Shown: piece after piece, positions 30,381 to 42,518 of the stretch
How positions within the stretch are numbered: the stretch's first letter is position 1
Layout of the letters: every line of letters begins with the position of its first letter
From: an uncultured virus (IMG/VR IMGVR_UViG_2687453420_000004)
Lineage: Duplodnaviria; Heunggongvirae; Uroviricota; Caudoviricetes
Length of the DNA: 64,000 nt
IMG/VR virus record: IMGVR_UViG_2687453420_000004
Direction: 5' to 3' (one strand)
Translations under genes and position numbers: made by a program
Notes under the pieces: generated by a model
What the model saw: only the letters and a program-made list of their open reading frames with translations
Told to the model about the DNA's origin: nothing
The model's database searches: none

Positions 30381-31974
30381 TTAAATTACCTCCTTTGGTA
30401 TTCTGTATTTTAATCTTCTAAAATAAGCTTTCTTTTCATTATCTATAAGTTCTGGTGCTATATCTCCTGTAAATTCTAATTTTTCATTTAAGAGTTTCTG
30501 GACCTTGTTTAACATTTCATCAAGTATAGTTATATCTCCTAAAGGAGCATATAAAAAAACATGAACAAACTGCCAACCACATTGACTGTTATTCATGCTT
30601 GATAATTGATTTTCAAATTTTAAAACCACGTAAGGCTCTGTACACTCTCCTTCATGTTCCCCTATTGCATAGCAAGGATATAAAGGATCTATTAAATCAA
30701 ATATTTCTTTTCTTGTCATTAAATCACTCCTGCCGATTGGACTATTTTCTTCCAACCTTCCATGAATTGTGGAGCAAACTCTTGTATTGCTCTTTCTAAA
30801 ATAGCATATTTACCTTCATTGCATAATTCAAGATAGACTCCATAGTCTACTTGATGGCTTAATGCAACCATTAATGTATTTGTATTTGTCCATTTTACAG
30901 TAGATGTTATAAATAATCTTGCATGAGCTGTTCTATCTGTCCATACTACATTTTCTTTAGCCCATTTTTCCATCTGCATGGCTATATTTTGAGCATCTAG
31001 TGCAAGAGCCGCTTTAAGCTTTGGAGTAAATTCCTTTAACTTTTCTATAGCTTCATCTAATCCATGCATTTCTAGTTTACAACCATCAGCCATTCTTAAT
31101 CACTTCCAAATCGCTATTATAGACATCCTTAATAATCATTCCTGGATAAGTTACTCTATATTTATAACCGTTAGCTTCAAAGTGATCTCCCTCTTTTATT
31201 TCTATACCTTCAGTTACTACTGCAAACATTGAAATACCTCTAGTTTTTTTAACAGTTCCAGATTCTTTTACGTTATCTAAAATCAAATTGTGTTTAGTAT
31301 CATCAAGGAAGATATCTAGCTCACCTACTGTTATTTCTTTTTCTCTACCACCATGCATCCCATTACTAACAAATTCTTTTCTCATAAGAGTTATATGAGT
31401 TGGGCTTTTAGCTATACTCCTCTTAGCTTGCATTTTTATTCTTTCTCCATTTATCATTGTCCATCAACCCTTCTCATTGATGTTTTATAGCCTGTTGTAG
31501 TTCCATTATTAGACAAACTTCTTTCATAATCACTTTTATATTGTTCCGCAAGTCCTAACCAATAATCTCTATTGCTTTCAGTTTTAAGAGGGCCAAGATT
31601 TGTTCCATCATCAGCAGTAGCTTTTAATAGACAACCTTTCCAACTAGATTTAAGTACATTATTTTCATTATTTTCTATTAACATTTCAAGTTCAGCATCC
31701 TCAAAATAAGGATATTGTCTTTCCTGCAAATTAAATCTTAAAACCTCTAAAGGTGTGGACATACTTATTCACCTTCCTCAGCTGATTCTCCCATTTCTTC
31801 TTCATTTTCCTTTGGTAATTCTTCTAAAAGTTCGATATGTTCTTTTTCAACCATATCTAATGCATCTTCTATTCTAACTTTTAATTCATCACCTATCTTA
31901 AAACAATCTTTATCATATTTTAAGTTTACTAAAGCTTTAGCTTTTACTGTTCTTTTATTTGCCATATTAATCAT
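30381..31974 (-). CDS. Five head-tail joining/neck genes (31974-31765, 31762-31454, 31457-31086, 31093-30719 HK97 gp10-like, 30719-30381 tail terminator)
   Basis: Synteny; WTDRTAHAR...VDYGVYLEL gp10-like motif. Confidence 0.7.
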
Positions 31975-32017
31975 CCTTTCTGCTTAAAATCTAAAAGAGT
32001 GGCTAAAATAGCCACCC

Positions 32018-33052
32018 TTAGTTAACTGTAGCAAAGAAACATTCGTCAGCTCTTTCAAATGAAGGCATACCTAATTGAGACACCTTTGTTTGAACTGTTA
32101 CAGGATCATCTTTTTTCATTGTCATAATTGCTACACCTGTTCTTACTATTTCTACACTAGAACCTTGTGAGAACATCTTATCAGCCTCTTCTGGAGTTGT
32201 ACCATAATAGGTTGCTCCTAATGTTCCTGTAGGTATTAATGTAAATTTTCCACTTGGAAAATAAGGTTCTTCTGTTCCATCTTCTAATTTATAAGAACCA
32301 CTTACTACTGCTAATGTTACACCTGTTTTCTTTTTAATATATTCCTTAATTTCATCATCTGAAGCTAAATAATTTGGATTTTGTGGCCATCCTGATTTAA
32401 CTATATTTTTATTAGCTGTAATCCATCCAAATGTAGTTGCATCTAATACTGCCCTATCTACAATATAACCTTCGTTTTTCATTAATCTAGTCCATCTAAT
32501 CATGTCTAAAACAGGATTTGAATTAATAGTATCTGACCATTTAGCAGTACCAGCTAATACTTCTTTATGTTTTTCAGAAACACCAAAATCAAATACAATA
32601 TCTCCATCCTCAGAAACAATAGATATAGTTCCCGCATCAGAAAGTAATTGCATGCGCATACGCTCCATTTGCATATCTCCACCATCTACAAGATCCTTGT
32701 AATTATCAAAGATTTTAGTAATAATCATATCAATAACATTTTTGTTTTGAGCCTGTGTAGCTAGTAGTAAGTCTTGTCTATCTTTTTCATTAACAAGCAC
32801 TGATTCTTTAAAAAATGGCATTTGTTTAGTAACTTCATCTACTTGTGCTTTTAATGCTCTAATTTTTACTGCTACATCAAAAGCAGATTGTTTTAATACA
32901 ACTGGTTTTTTCTTTGCACCTTTAATATATTTTAATTCCATTCCTAATTGTTTTTTTCTAGGGAAAAGAGCTTCACCTATTACTACTTCTGGTGGAAGCT
33001 CTTTAATATAAGTTGCTATTTCTTTTACGTTTATAATATCTCTCCAATCCAT
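32018..33052 (-). CDS. Major capsid protein
   Basis: LFP..., MPFFKES, G.TYYGTTPEE. Confidence 0.9.
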   Translation of the reverse strand: MDWRDIINVKEIATYIKELPPEVVIGEALFPRKKQLGMELKYIKGAKKKPVVLKQSAFDVAVKIRALKAQVDEVTKQMPFFKESVLVNEKDRQDLLLATQAQNKNVIDMIITKIFDNYKDLVDGGDMQMERMRMQLLSDAGTISIVSEDGDIVFDFGVSEKHKEVLAGTAKWSDTINSNPVLDMIRWTRLMKNEGYIVDRAVLDATTFGWITANKNIVKSGWPQNPNYLASDDEIKEYIKKKTGVTLAVVSGSYKLEDGTEEPYFPSGKFTLIPTGTLGATYYGTTPEEADKMFSQGSSVEIVRTGVAIMTMKKDDPVTVQTKVSQLGMPSFERADECFFATVN

Positions 33053-33072
33053 TTACTCATTCCTCCTTCTAA

Positions 33073-33429
33073 TTATAAAAACATAAGCATCTTCATAGCT
33101 GTTTTAGCTTCTGATGAAACAATTTCAGGTAATGTTGATTCTTTTATAAATCCAAAAATAGTTACTGGAACAGTCTCAGCACCATGTGAATATGTTAAAT
33201 TTACATCCCTATAAACTAATCCAAAAGCCTTATCATTTGTAACTGTAGATCCATCAACTATTTTTCCATCTTTACTTATTACTGTACCTGCCTTAAGTAT
33301 TCTTTTACCTTCTACTTCTTTTACATCAGTTTTTTTAACCTTTACCATTGCATTTTGAAATAATTCTCCTGCAAATTGTAATATTGTTTTGTTTTCACCC
33401 ATATAGGACTGACTTCTTTCAATACTCAT
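33073..33429 (-). CDS. Head decoration protein
   Basis: ILKAGTV, GLVYRDV, GFIKESTLP. Confidence 0.7.
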   Translation of the reverse strand: MSIERSQSYMGENKTILQFAGELFQNAMVKVKKTDVKEVEGKRILKAGTVISKDGKIVDGSTVTNDKAFGLVYRDVNLTYSHGAETVPVTIFGFIKESTLPEIVSSEAKTAMKMLMFL

Positions 33430-33442
33430 ATCTTTCTACCTC

Positions 33443-34081
33443 CTATGAAAAAAATTTATTTTGTGCTTCTGTTACTTTTGTAGTTTCTGTTCTTTCTTTA
33501 GCTAAGCGAGCACCTAAACTTAACTTTCCTTCATCATTATCAATTACAGAAGATGAATCACCTCCTATATTTCCAGTACCTCCTGGAATTTCTGTTTCAA
33601 ATAAATAAGCATCACTTTCTTTTAGAGACTTTACCTGTTCCTCTAGTCCTATGAAAGTATCATCAACAAGTTTTACTTTATCCATGTCCAAAAGAGCTCT
33701 TAATGCTTTAGAATTCTTAGTTTTATATTCTGCTATAGCTTTTTCAAACTTAGTATCAAAATTAATCTGATTAAGTTTAGCTTCATAATCCTTAGTTGTT
33801 TTTTCATTATCAGCTTTAAGATTTTCTATTTCTTGTGAAAGTTCTTCACTATCTTTTGCTTTATCCTTTAAATCATTAAGTTGCTTATCTCTATCTTTTA
33901 ATTGTTTTTTATACTCTTTGATAGAATTATTTGCGGTATCTAATTCTGACTTTTCTATATACTTGCTTTCTTTTTTAGAATCAACTAAAAGAACGTTATC
34001 TTTATCTTTTGAAATTTTATCATAAGCCTTCTGTCCTTCTTCATCTCCCAATATTTTCTTTAAATATTCTAGTAATCCCAT
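33443..34081 (-). CDS. Scaffolding protein
   Basis: Coiled coil; GLEEQVKSLKESDAYLF. Confidence 0.85.
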   Translation of the reverse strand: MGLLEYLKKILGDEEGQKAYDKISKDKDNVLLVDSKKESKYIEKSELDTANNSIKEYKKQLKDRDKQLNDLKDKAKDSEELSQEIENLKADNEKTTKDYEAKLNQINFDTKFEKAIAEYKTKNSKALRALLDMDKVKLVDDTFIGLEEQVKSLKESDAYLFETEIPGGTGNIGGDSSSVIDNDEGKLSLGARLAKERTETTKVTEAQNKFFS

Positions 34082-34131
34082 ATTTCTTTACCTCCTATTT
34101 TAAAACAAAATAAAAAGACATATTTCTATGC

Positions 34132-34636
34132 CTACAATAATTCTGCTATATTTTTAATTGAATATCTTAACTTTCTGATTTGATCTCTAAGTTTATTATT
34201 TTCCTGTTCCATTTTAGGATAATCTTTATTAAACTTACCAACTGCATTTTCAAGAGTAATAATATAAGCTTTCATTTCACTTATCTGTGATTCATATTTT
34301 TTATTCATATCTTCTCCCTTTTCATTCACAAAAATATACTTATCTTCCATTAATCCTATTCATCTCCTTTTTGAACTCCTTTTGAATATTATCTATCTCC
34401 TTGTCAGCTACTATCTTATCTACATCATTAGTATCTTTAAATTTTCTTGATATCCTTATTTCCATCTTTCTTTTTAAGTGCCTACATTTAGCGTTCATAA
34501 CACATACTAAATGTTTTTTATTACACTTAGGACATTCATAATATACTACTGTATACATTGCGCCTAAATACTTTTCCTTAAGTTTGTCTTGTGACATTTC
34601 AAATTCTCTTTTACAGTTATCACATATTGCTTTCAT
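34132..34636 (-). CDS. Two small hypothetical genes (Zn-ribbon 34636-34340; coiled coil 34350-34132)
   Basis: ORF track with RBS; CxxC pairs in the first. Confidence 0.6.
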
Positions 34637-34646
34637 TATTTCCCTC

Positions 34647-35582
34647 CTATACAGCTATTCCGTATTCTTTTCCATATTCATTGTACCACTTGTCTAACTT
34701 ACTATTACCTTCTCCATTAAGCCATGCTATAAGTTCATCTCTTGCCTGTTCTATAGGTACTGTTTCAGTAGTAAAAAAACATAAACAATTAGGATGTTGA
34801 ATAGGAACTTCATTAGGTTTAAATACTTGTCCTGCATATTCATCACAAATATCCGTTTTCCCATGCATTCTACTGCTATGACTAGGACTTAGATTCCATT
34901 TAAGCCCTTTACAAAATGGATTTCTCTTACTACCTTGAATATATGTTTCTGTACTAGCATGAGTTAAACAAGTTCTAGATAACCTTTGCGCTTGATATGA
35001 AATATTTTTACTCATACCAGCTTTTAATGTTTTAGAATCAATTCTTTTATATGGATTAATATAAGCATCTAGTTCTTTAGCTAATTCTCTAGCATTAGCA
35101 CTTTTGGCTACATTAATTTTTATAAGAGTATCAATATCCTTTGAATTTTTTTTAGTTATATTCCAGAGTCTTTTATCTAATGTTTTAGCATCTTCATAAT
35201 AATTACCACTTATAAGCTGCTTAGTAATATTAGAAGGCAACTGAGTAAACATCTTATTAAAAGTAGCTTTTATATCTTCTCTAGGAACTATTCTATCAAA
35301 ATAACTTGCCTGTACTGAACTTGCTATCTCTGAACTTGATTCTATACTTGCTTTGATAGATCTACTTAAATTATTTCTTAATTCTAGTACATATCTATCA
35401 ATGGATTTATCTAATTCATTTAAATATCTAGCATTTATTCCACCCGGCTTAGCTTTAGAAAGTTTATATGATATCTGTCTACTAGCTTCTTCATATATTT
35501 TTAGCAGTTCTTTTTCTTGTTTCTGTACTAATTTTAAAAACTCTTTTCTACCTTCAAATATTCTCCTTTGATACTCATTCAT
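34647..35582 (-). CDS. Minor capsid / MuF-like head protein
   Basis: RLSRT, DICDE, HPNCLC. Confidence 0.8.
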   Translation of the reverse strand: MNEYQRRIFEGRKEFLKLVQKQEKELLKIYEEASRQISYKLSKAKPGGINARYLNELDKSIDRYVLELRNNLSRSIKASIESSSEIASSVQASYFDRIVPREDIKATFNKMFTQLPSNITKQLISGNYYEDAKTLDKRLWNITKKNSKDIDTLIKINVAKSANARELAKELDAYINPYKRIDSKTLKAGMSKNISYQAQRLSRTCLTHASTETYIQGSKRNPFCKGLKWNLSPSHSSRMHGKTDICDEYAGQVFKPNEVPIQHPNCLCFFTTETVPIEQARDELIAWLNGEGNSKLDKWYNEYGKEYGIAV

Positions 35583-37057
35583 TATGAATCACCATCATGA
35601 TTGTTTACCTCATCATCTATACCTTTTAAAAATTGGTCCTGTTCTGCTGCATTAATTGTTGTTATATCTTCTATAACTTCATTAAAGTGTTCTTCATAAT
35701 CTTCATCATTGGAGAAATCTTTGATATAACTTCTATGGCTTCTTACATTAGTATTAACCTCTTCTAATGCCAGCTTTTTCTTATCTTCTTCATCTTCAGG
35801 GATAGGGTAGCGCTTATCCAGGACTATAGAATACTCTAAATTATTCCATTCTGGCTTCCATAATTCATAGCATTTAAACTTACTGCAAGCTTCTACTAAT
35901 AATCTAAGCATACTCCTAATGTTAGGTTCCCAATCATGCCATTTTTCTTCACTTCTAGCTATTAAATCATTGTATATATATTTAATAGTTTTTGCTGAAG
36001 GTACATTTTTAAGCCTGTCATCAGTAGGTATACTTAATTTGTCATGCATACTTTTATCTAAAATATCAAGAAACATTCTAACTGGTTCAGCATTACTAAA
36101 TGAGCTTTCAACTCTTTGAGCTGAAGCTTGTTTCCCATCTATACTAACTAAAGCCATCAATGCATTAGGAGCTATTCTACAAGCATTTACTGTTTCTTCT
36201 GTAGCATCTATTACAGCTGTCTGCCCAAACATTAAGAATCTCAGAGCATCATTAAAATCTGATAATCTTTGATTATAACTATTTTGTAATGGTTTTAAAT
36301 CTGTAATATCACTTTTCCCATTCTTATTCATTAAGTCCTGCTCATTAATCATTATCCAGCAAGGTATCTTACTTAATTTTGTATCTATAGTTTTTGTTTC
36401 TATAGGATTTTCTAAATCTAAATTATTAAATGTTTCTATAGTTAATAAACATGTTTCTTCTAAGCTTTTTTTACTTGCCTTTCCCATTTTGTAAGTATAT
36501 CTATTCCATAGTTCAGTAGTATCTGTTTTTTCTTTTAATCTAACAAATGTAACTGACAAAAGTTTTCTTGAGTCTTTTGGATCTAGCTCATAATTAAAGT
36601 CATTTACATTATGGTAGTATAATCTTATGCTTTCTTCAGGATTGGCTTCCATTCTTAAAAGTACTCTCTTAGTTACAGTTGCTAATCTAAAAGCTTTCAT
36701 TGTTTCACTCCAAAACTGGCTACCATTAAGAATATCATCTATAAATACTCTTAATTCTTCACATGTACTTTTATCTTTACTATCTCTTGGCTTAAATAAT
36801 AAAATAGGCTCTTTTCCTAAAAAGAAACGTGCCTGCTTATGAATTAATGGTTTTATTTTATTATCTATAACTTGTGAAGGAATGTAATCCAAATCATCAG
36901 CATTTATCCAACTTTGACCTAATAGAATTTCATCTAACAAAGCTTTATCTTTATCAGTTACTGCACCATGATAAAAATAATAATTAGTCTTAATTTTTTC
37001 TAATTCCTTCTTTTGCTCGTTGGTAAACTTTAATAAGGTTTGCTTTATATCTTCCAT
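35582..37057 (-). CDS. Portal protein (SPP1-like)
   Basis: Follows terminase; GKSDITDL motif. Confidence 0.85.
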   Translation of the reverse strand: MEDIKQTLLKFTNEQKKELEKIKTNYYFYHGAVTDKDKALLDEILLGQSWINADDLDYIPSQVIDNKIKPLIHKQARFFLGKEPILLFKPRDSKDKSTCEELRVFIDDILNGSQFWSETMKAFRLATVTKRVLLRMEANPEESIRLYYHNVNDFNYELDPKDSRKLLSVTFVRLKEKTDTTELWNRYTYKMGKASKKSLEETCLLTIETFNNLDLENPIETKTIDTKLSKIPCWIMINEQDLMNKNGKSDITDLKPLQNSYNQRLSDFNDALRFLMFGQTAVIDATEETVNACRIAPNALMALVSIDGKQASAQRVESSFSNAEPVRMFLDILDKSMHDKLSIPTDDRLKNVPSAKTIKYIYNDLIARSEEKWHDWEPNIRSMLRLLVEACSKFKCYELWKPEWNNLEYSIVLDKRYPIPEDEEDKKKLALEEVNTNVRSHRSYIKDFSNDEDYEEHFNEVIEDITTINAAEQDQFLKGIDDEVNNHDGDS

Positions 37058-38514
37058 TAAAACACCTTTTCTCCTTTCTTTTTATATTGTTTAAGATTAT
37101 TATTCTTAAGTCCTATACCTTTGTTGTATACTTCTTTGTTATAAGTAACAGTTCTATCATAGAATGTTAATACAACTGCATCCGCTCTATCCGGAGAAGT
37201 TAAGCCTCTTTCTTTCATATCTTTCTTACTTTCTAAAGCTATTTTCCCTCTACTTGTAATTCTATATTTTCTAGTAGATAGCTGGCTTATTAATTTTTCA
37301 TCTTCTGGAAGTTGTATTTTACGTGTCTCATTTCGCATATAAGCTGAGAAGTTTTCTTCAAGTATGTCTTTAACTTCTCCCCAAGTACATGCTCCTAAGT
37401 TTTCAAAATGTTCATCATATGAAGCACTACCATTATTTACTGGAATAACTTCTATAGGTAGGTTTTGTTCCTTTACTACTTCTTTTAATCTATCTGTTAC
37501 CCCTCCACCTACTCCAGTATCATCTATCTTAGCTTTACACTTTTTTAATGAAGGAAACTTTTCCATATATTCTTTAAATGTAGTAATTACGTATCCTACT
37601 GTAGTCATTGTATCTTGTTTACTATAACAATTAAGTTTAAATACTTTATCACCTATTCTTGGAGCTATAACAGTTTCATCATCACCAAATCTAGATACAT
37701 CCACACCCAAATGAAGAATATCACCTACTGGATCTAATATAAATTTAGTAGCAAGTTCTGCATATTCTAAAGATATAAATGTATCAAGTTCCCCTTTAGG
37801 AAATTCGCCTAAAACTCTTACCCTATAAACATCACTATTCTCATGGTATTTCTCCTTAAGCATTTCAATGTTTTCTTTTGAAGTTCTAGGACTGTCCAAG
37901 CTACTAACTTTATGTGTTTTGTAGTGAGATCTATCTCTATTATGACTATCATAAAAAACTCCACTTGTTTTATTTGGGTTTCCACACATTAAGAGTTTAT
38001 TTTCTGCTCCTGATAAAGTACCAAGTATAGCTTCCATAATAGGATCAGCAACACCAGAAGCTTCATCAACTATAAAAAGCATATAATCTTCATGGAATCC
38101 TTGCATATTCTCTGGCTTTGTTGCAGTTTTAGCAGTAGCAAACCATCTTTCCTCTTCACCAATCATATATATTTTAGTCTTGGTCCATTTAAGAAAATCT
38201 TTAACTTTGCTTTTGTTAAGCCATTTAGCAACCTCTGCCCAAAGTACATCATATAATTGCTGCATTGTTGGGGCTGTTGCCACTACTTTAGGAAATGGTC
38301 TACAACATAAAAACCAAATAATAATAGCAGCTTCCAGACCTGTCTTTCCTACTCCTTGACCACTTCTTACTGATACTTTAGAACTATTAGCTATATCCAT
38401 CATTACTTTAGATTGCCATTCATCAGGGTGAAAATCTAACATATCTTCAGCAAAAGCTACTGGATTATCCCAATAAATATCTAATAACTCAACAAATATA
38501 TTAGAATCATCCAT
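37057..38514 (-). CDS. terL: Terminase large subunit
   Basis: [33 protein letters not shown]. Confidence 0.95.
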   Translation of the reverse strand: MDDSNIFVELLDIYWDNPVAFAEDMLDFHPDEWQSKVMMDIANSSKVSVRSGQGVGKTGLEAAIIIWFLCCRPFPKVVATAPTMQQLYDVLWAEVAKWLNKSKVKDFLKWTKTKIYMIGEEERWFATAKTATKPENMQGFHEDYMLFIVDEASGVADPIMEAILGTLSGAENKLLMCGNPNKTSGVFYDSHNRDRSHYKTHKVSSLDSPRTSKENIEMLKEKYHENSDVYRVRVLGEFPKGELDTFISLEYAELATKFILDPVGDILHLGVDVSRFGDDETVIAPRIGDKVFKLNCYSKQDTMTTVGYVITTFKEYMEKFPSLKKCKAKIDDTGVGGGVTDRLKEVVKEQNLPIEVIPVNNGSASYDEHFENLGACTWGEVKDILEENFSAYMRNETRKIQLPEDEKLISQLSTRKYRITSRGKIALESKKDMKERGLTSPDRADAVVLTFYDRTVTYNKEVYNKGIGLKNNNLKQYKKKGEKVF

Positions 38515-39202
38515 TTGAATTCACCTCAGATTGCTGCTTCTTCTTTTCTCTACGTTTAGCAATCTCCTGAATAGCTGATTTCCAATCCTTAATTCCAGCC
38601 TTAGATTTTTCTTTATCTAATCCTTCTAATTCTAAATAGTTTTTAACTAAACTTCTTAACTCTGATATAGCTCTACTTTGAGCATTAAGAAAAGTAGCCT
38701 GTCTATCCCATGCAAATTGAAATTCATATTCTACTTCTTTTGATGAGCTTTTATCGCCCCATGAATCTTTTGTCTTTTTCAATTCCTTTATCATTTCTTC
38801 TTTTTCTGTTACATACATAATTCTTTGAGATCTTACTATTGCTGCATACTGTATCATTATTTGATCCCATAATATATCTAAAGGTTTCTTAGTCTCTATT
38901 TCTTCCATTATCCCTAAAGTTTCCTCCGGTAAATACTTAGAGAAAAATCCATGTTTCTCCGCATTCTTATTCTTTGCTGGAGCTCCATGTCCTACTGCAT
39001 TCTTATTATTTAAGGGTGCACCCTTTTTATTTTTGTGTGCACCCTTCTGTTTTTTCTCTTCTGACCAACCATATCTTTTCACCCAAGACTTAATTGTATT
39101 TAAACTAACTGAATACTTTTTAGCTAAGTCTTTATATTTCATACCTTTAAGATAATCTTTCTTAGCCTGTTCTTTAGTATCTGGTCCTCTTATACTTTCC
39201 AT
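38507..39202 (-). CDS. terS: Terminase small subunit
   Basis: [27 protein letters not shown]. Confidence 0.9.
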   Translation of the reverse strand: MESIRGPDTKEQAKKDYLKGMKYKDLAKKYSVSLNTIKSWVKRYGWSEEKKQKGAHKNKKGAPLNNKNAVGHGAPAKNKNAEKHGFFSKYLPEETLGIMEEIETKKPLDILWDQIMIQYAAIVRSQRIMYVTEKEEMIKELKKTKDSWGDKSSSKEVEYEFQFAWDRQATFLNAQSRAISELRSLVKNYLELEGLDKEKSKAGIKDWKSAIQEIAKRREKKKQQSEVNSNG

Positions 39203-39298
39203 ACCACCACCTCATTGCTAGTTGCTTTGTTTGTTTTGTATATAAAAAAGAGCCCTTATGAGCTCTTTGTTAAATTAATATGTTTTACTACAATTTAA

Positions 39299-39538
39299 TT
39301 AATCAAAATCCCTATCAACTTCAATTACCTGTCCTGTGTTAGCATTTATTTTTACTTCATAAATTCCAGCAGTGGTTCTAATGCTAACCTCGTAAACTAA
39401 TATGCCATCTTCAACATCTAACTCAACTCTTACTACCTGTCCTGGAACCTGCTGTAGTGCAATTTGCACAGCTGCTTCACTACTAATGCGATAGCTTCTC
39501 CAGTATCCATCCCATAAAGCATAATAATTAGGTATCAT
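39299..39538 (-). CDS. PepSY-domain protein
   Basis: ISSEAAVQIAL...VELD...YEV...INANTGQVI. Confidence 0.85.
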   Translation of the reverse strand: MIPNYYALWDGYWRSYRISSEAAVQIALQQVPGQVVRVELDVEDGILVYEVSIRTTAGIYEVKINANTGQVIEVDRDFD

Positions 39539-40009
39539 TATAAAATCATCTTCCTTTTCAATATTTACATGATTATTATATTCAATTATTTAAAGATTAG
39601 TGACTTTTAGCAATATATACTTTTAAGTTATCTCCTTACTTAACACTCTTATTCTATTTTCCCCATGTTCTCTGCTTTATACTGCCACCCTTACCCCTAC
39701 AATAACTATCATGGCTCATAAGATCCATAACATCAGAAAAGGAGAGGTCCTCTTTCTTACCTCTCCTAGATTTTTTCTTATTCTGCTTTCTATTTTTATT
39801 CAATTTCTTGTGCATTCCTGGTTGTTGTATTTCTATTATTTTTCCTACCTTCAAACCTCTCACCTCTTATCTATGTAATATGAATATAATCTCCTAGGCT
39901 GTTTTAGGTATGTAAAAAGCACCTAAGGTTTATATTCCTTAAGTGCTCATACACAATATTATATTATCAATATTTTTCCTCTAAATATATTTATTTTAAT
40001 ATTTAGCGT

Positions 40010-40447
40010 TTATTCTAAAACTGTTGGTTTTATTTTCTCTTGTCCTCTTAATACCTGAAGTGCTTCTGCTACCTTTCTAGCAAAGTTTAAAGGTCTATCT
40101 ATTGATTCAAAGTGAATATACATAAGTCTTGGATCATCAAATAACCAATGATTATGAAGTGCAGTAACTAATATTCCATTTTCTCTTAAAATAGATATAA
40201 AATCATTTATTTCTTCTTGAAGAATAACTGTTTCACCTAAATTAAGAGTTCTACCTGCATTATCAGGAGCCTCAAATGAAAACATCGCCATTAAAGCTAA
40301 TGGTGAATGAGTTCGTCTCCTCAATATTTCTGCATCAATATCTCTAATAAACATTACTGTACAAACATTATCAGCTGTACTTAGAATTTCAGCTCCAAGT
40401 ATATCAGCAAACTTTGCACAGGTTCTACAAAAATCTCTCATAATCAT
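40010..40447 (-). CDS. DUF1259-family protein
   Basis: VTALHNHWLFDDPRLMYIH. Confidence 0.85.
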   Translation of the reverse strand: MIMRDFCRTCAKFADILGAEILSTADNVCTVMFIRDIDAEILRRRTHSPLALMAMFSFEAPDNAGRTLNLGETVILQEEINDFISILRENGILVTALHNHWLFDDPRLMYIHFESIDRPLNFARKVAEALQVLRGQEKIKPTVLE

Positions 40448-41052
40448 TTCCTCCTATTTTTTTATCTTAAGCTTTTCAATATTATATAGATAGCTTGTCT
40501 CTATATAAATATAATATGAAACTTATTTATAAGCGTGCATAAATGTTATTTTATAGCTAAATAATAGGAGATTAAAAAACACCCAGAAATTAATCTAAGT
40601 GCTTTTTAGTACATACACAATATATTATATTTTTTTATTTTAACCCCTAGTGATAAGCTAGGAATTATTGCTATCGTTCCCTTTTAAATGGCAGTTCTTT
40701 TCCATCTACTAAGTTATCAGCTTAGATTTTTGCACTGTGGATAGCTCACACTTTAGATTATAATAAGATTCTTCTTAAAACATATATTGCATATCAGAAA
40801 ACATAATTTATAAACTCCATTCTTTTCATAAAAAAGTAATTTGTTTATTCCTTATATTTTGTACTAATACACAATATATTCTACTGTTCTTACAACTTGG
40901 TAAGTCAGCTTAATGTTATCAGCAAGTGCTTGTAGGCTAAGTCTTACCCATGCAATAACATTATCAATATTTCACTCCTCTTATGCTACCTACTGACACA
41001 TAAGAATCATAGCTACTATTTCTACTACTTTGTTATGGGCATTTATCCCCAT

Positions 41053-41137
41053 TGGCACCGGCGGAGGAATTGAACCTCATTCTCCAAGTCATGTTATCGC
41101 TAGCTTCTTGGTGCGTTACCATTACGCTACAACCGGC
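41053..41137 (-). tRNA. tRNA-like element with an 18-nt anticodon loop (pseudo/atypical)
   Basis: TAGCGTAATGGTAACGC D-arm, CCAAG/CTTGG stem, GAGGTTCAATTCCTC T-arm, 3' CCA. Confidence 0.65.
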
Positions 41138-41270
41138 ATAAATAGGAAGCACCCAAATTAATGGATGCTTTGCAGTTGCGCTTTATTTAATTTGTACGAT
41201 AAAATCCTCTTTCTATTATAACTTTCCTTAATACCATAATAACACATATAATTCGGTATTTTCGGTGTAA

Positions 41271-41708
41271 TTATAAATTATTTAAATATTTATCATGTAT
41301 TTCTTTTCTAGGATAACTTTCATGACATTTTCCGATTCTTATAGCTATTGCCTGCCAACTTAATCTATCAATATATCTATATTGAAACACTCTTCTTGTT
41401 TTTGAATCTGGAATAGTGTTTATGAATTCTTCTATCTGTAGTTTCATATCTTCACATTTATTTTTTCTTTTGCTTAATAGATTATTTAATTTAATTAATC
41501 TTTCTTCTTTTTTATCTGCTTCCGGATAATTATACCCTTCAATAGTAAATTTTCTTTCTGTATAAGGAAAAACATTGCTAGATCCTTTAACACTGTCTTG
41601 TTCAATTTTAATCTTTTTATTCTCTAATTTCTCAATTCTATTTTCAAGTTCACTTATTTCTACTTTTAAATCATTGTATTGTTTTAATAAAAATGTAGTA
41701 TCCTTCAT
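41271..41708 (-). CDS. Late-transcription activator (RinA/ArpU-like)
   Basis: RRVFQYRYIDRLSWQAIA sigma4-like HTH; position before packaging genes. Confidence 0.7.
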   Translation of the reverse strand: MKDTTFLLKQYNDLKVEISELENRIEKLENKKIKIEQDSVKGSSNVFPYTERKFTIEGYNYPEADKKEERLIKLNNLLSKRKNKCEDMKLQIEEFINTIPDSKTRRVFQYRYIDRLSWQAIAIRIGKCHESYPRKEIHDKYLNNL

Positions 41709-42518
41709 GCTTGTCCTCCTACTCATAGAATCTATTTTTTCCCCACATTTTAGTGCGAGGCTTATTTTCACCTAATTTCCTAGCTAAGGCTGCTAATTCA
41801 TTTAGCTTGTCTTTGTTGAATTCACCTAATAGGTTAGCAATCTGCATCATATCTGCATCAAATTTTCTAAATTTATTCTTCTGTTCTTCTGTTAATTTTA
41901 ATCCAGCTAAATCAAATTCATCTAACGTACCATTCATACCGCCTTCACCTTCCTAATTTCTTTTCCTTTTAGGTTGTAGACTATTCCATGTTGAAAATCT
42001 ATCTTTGCTTTTATTCTTTTTCTGCCTCTCTTTAAAATGCATGGATAAGTTATTGTATAATTTTCCTCAAATAGCTTTAGTTCCCCATTAAAGTACTTGT
42101 CCAATTTATTTCTCCATGCTTCCATGATTAATCCCTCCTTTGTATTATTGTTTTAATACTCTAGTACAGTTAAGGTGCAGAAATGCATAGTTTAATCCCT
42201 ACACCTATTTAGTTTTAAAACTGTCTTTTCCAAATAACTCTTATATTCTTATATTTTTCTTGTAGTTTTTCAAATAATTCAGTTACTTGTAATCCAGTAT
42301 TTTCTCCATTACAGAACCAAACTCCATACTCACTATCTTTACTAGGCTTTCTATATCTTAATTGGAGCTTTTTATCATCACATTGTAAGTTAACATTGCA
42401 ATGTGTCATTAGCACTAAATAAACATTATCTCTTTTCGCCACTATTTTCCCTCCTTACTTTTAACCCCTAATACTCTTTTTCTGCTTTCTCTATTTCTTT
42501 TGCAAGTTCTGGATTATT

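Noticed and set aside
40680..40985. Gene downstream of the tRNA-like element
   Set aside because: RBS is present but multiple stops and frame breaks follow; cannot be assigned beyond a decayed ORF.
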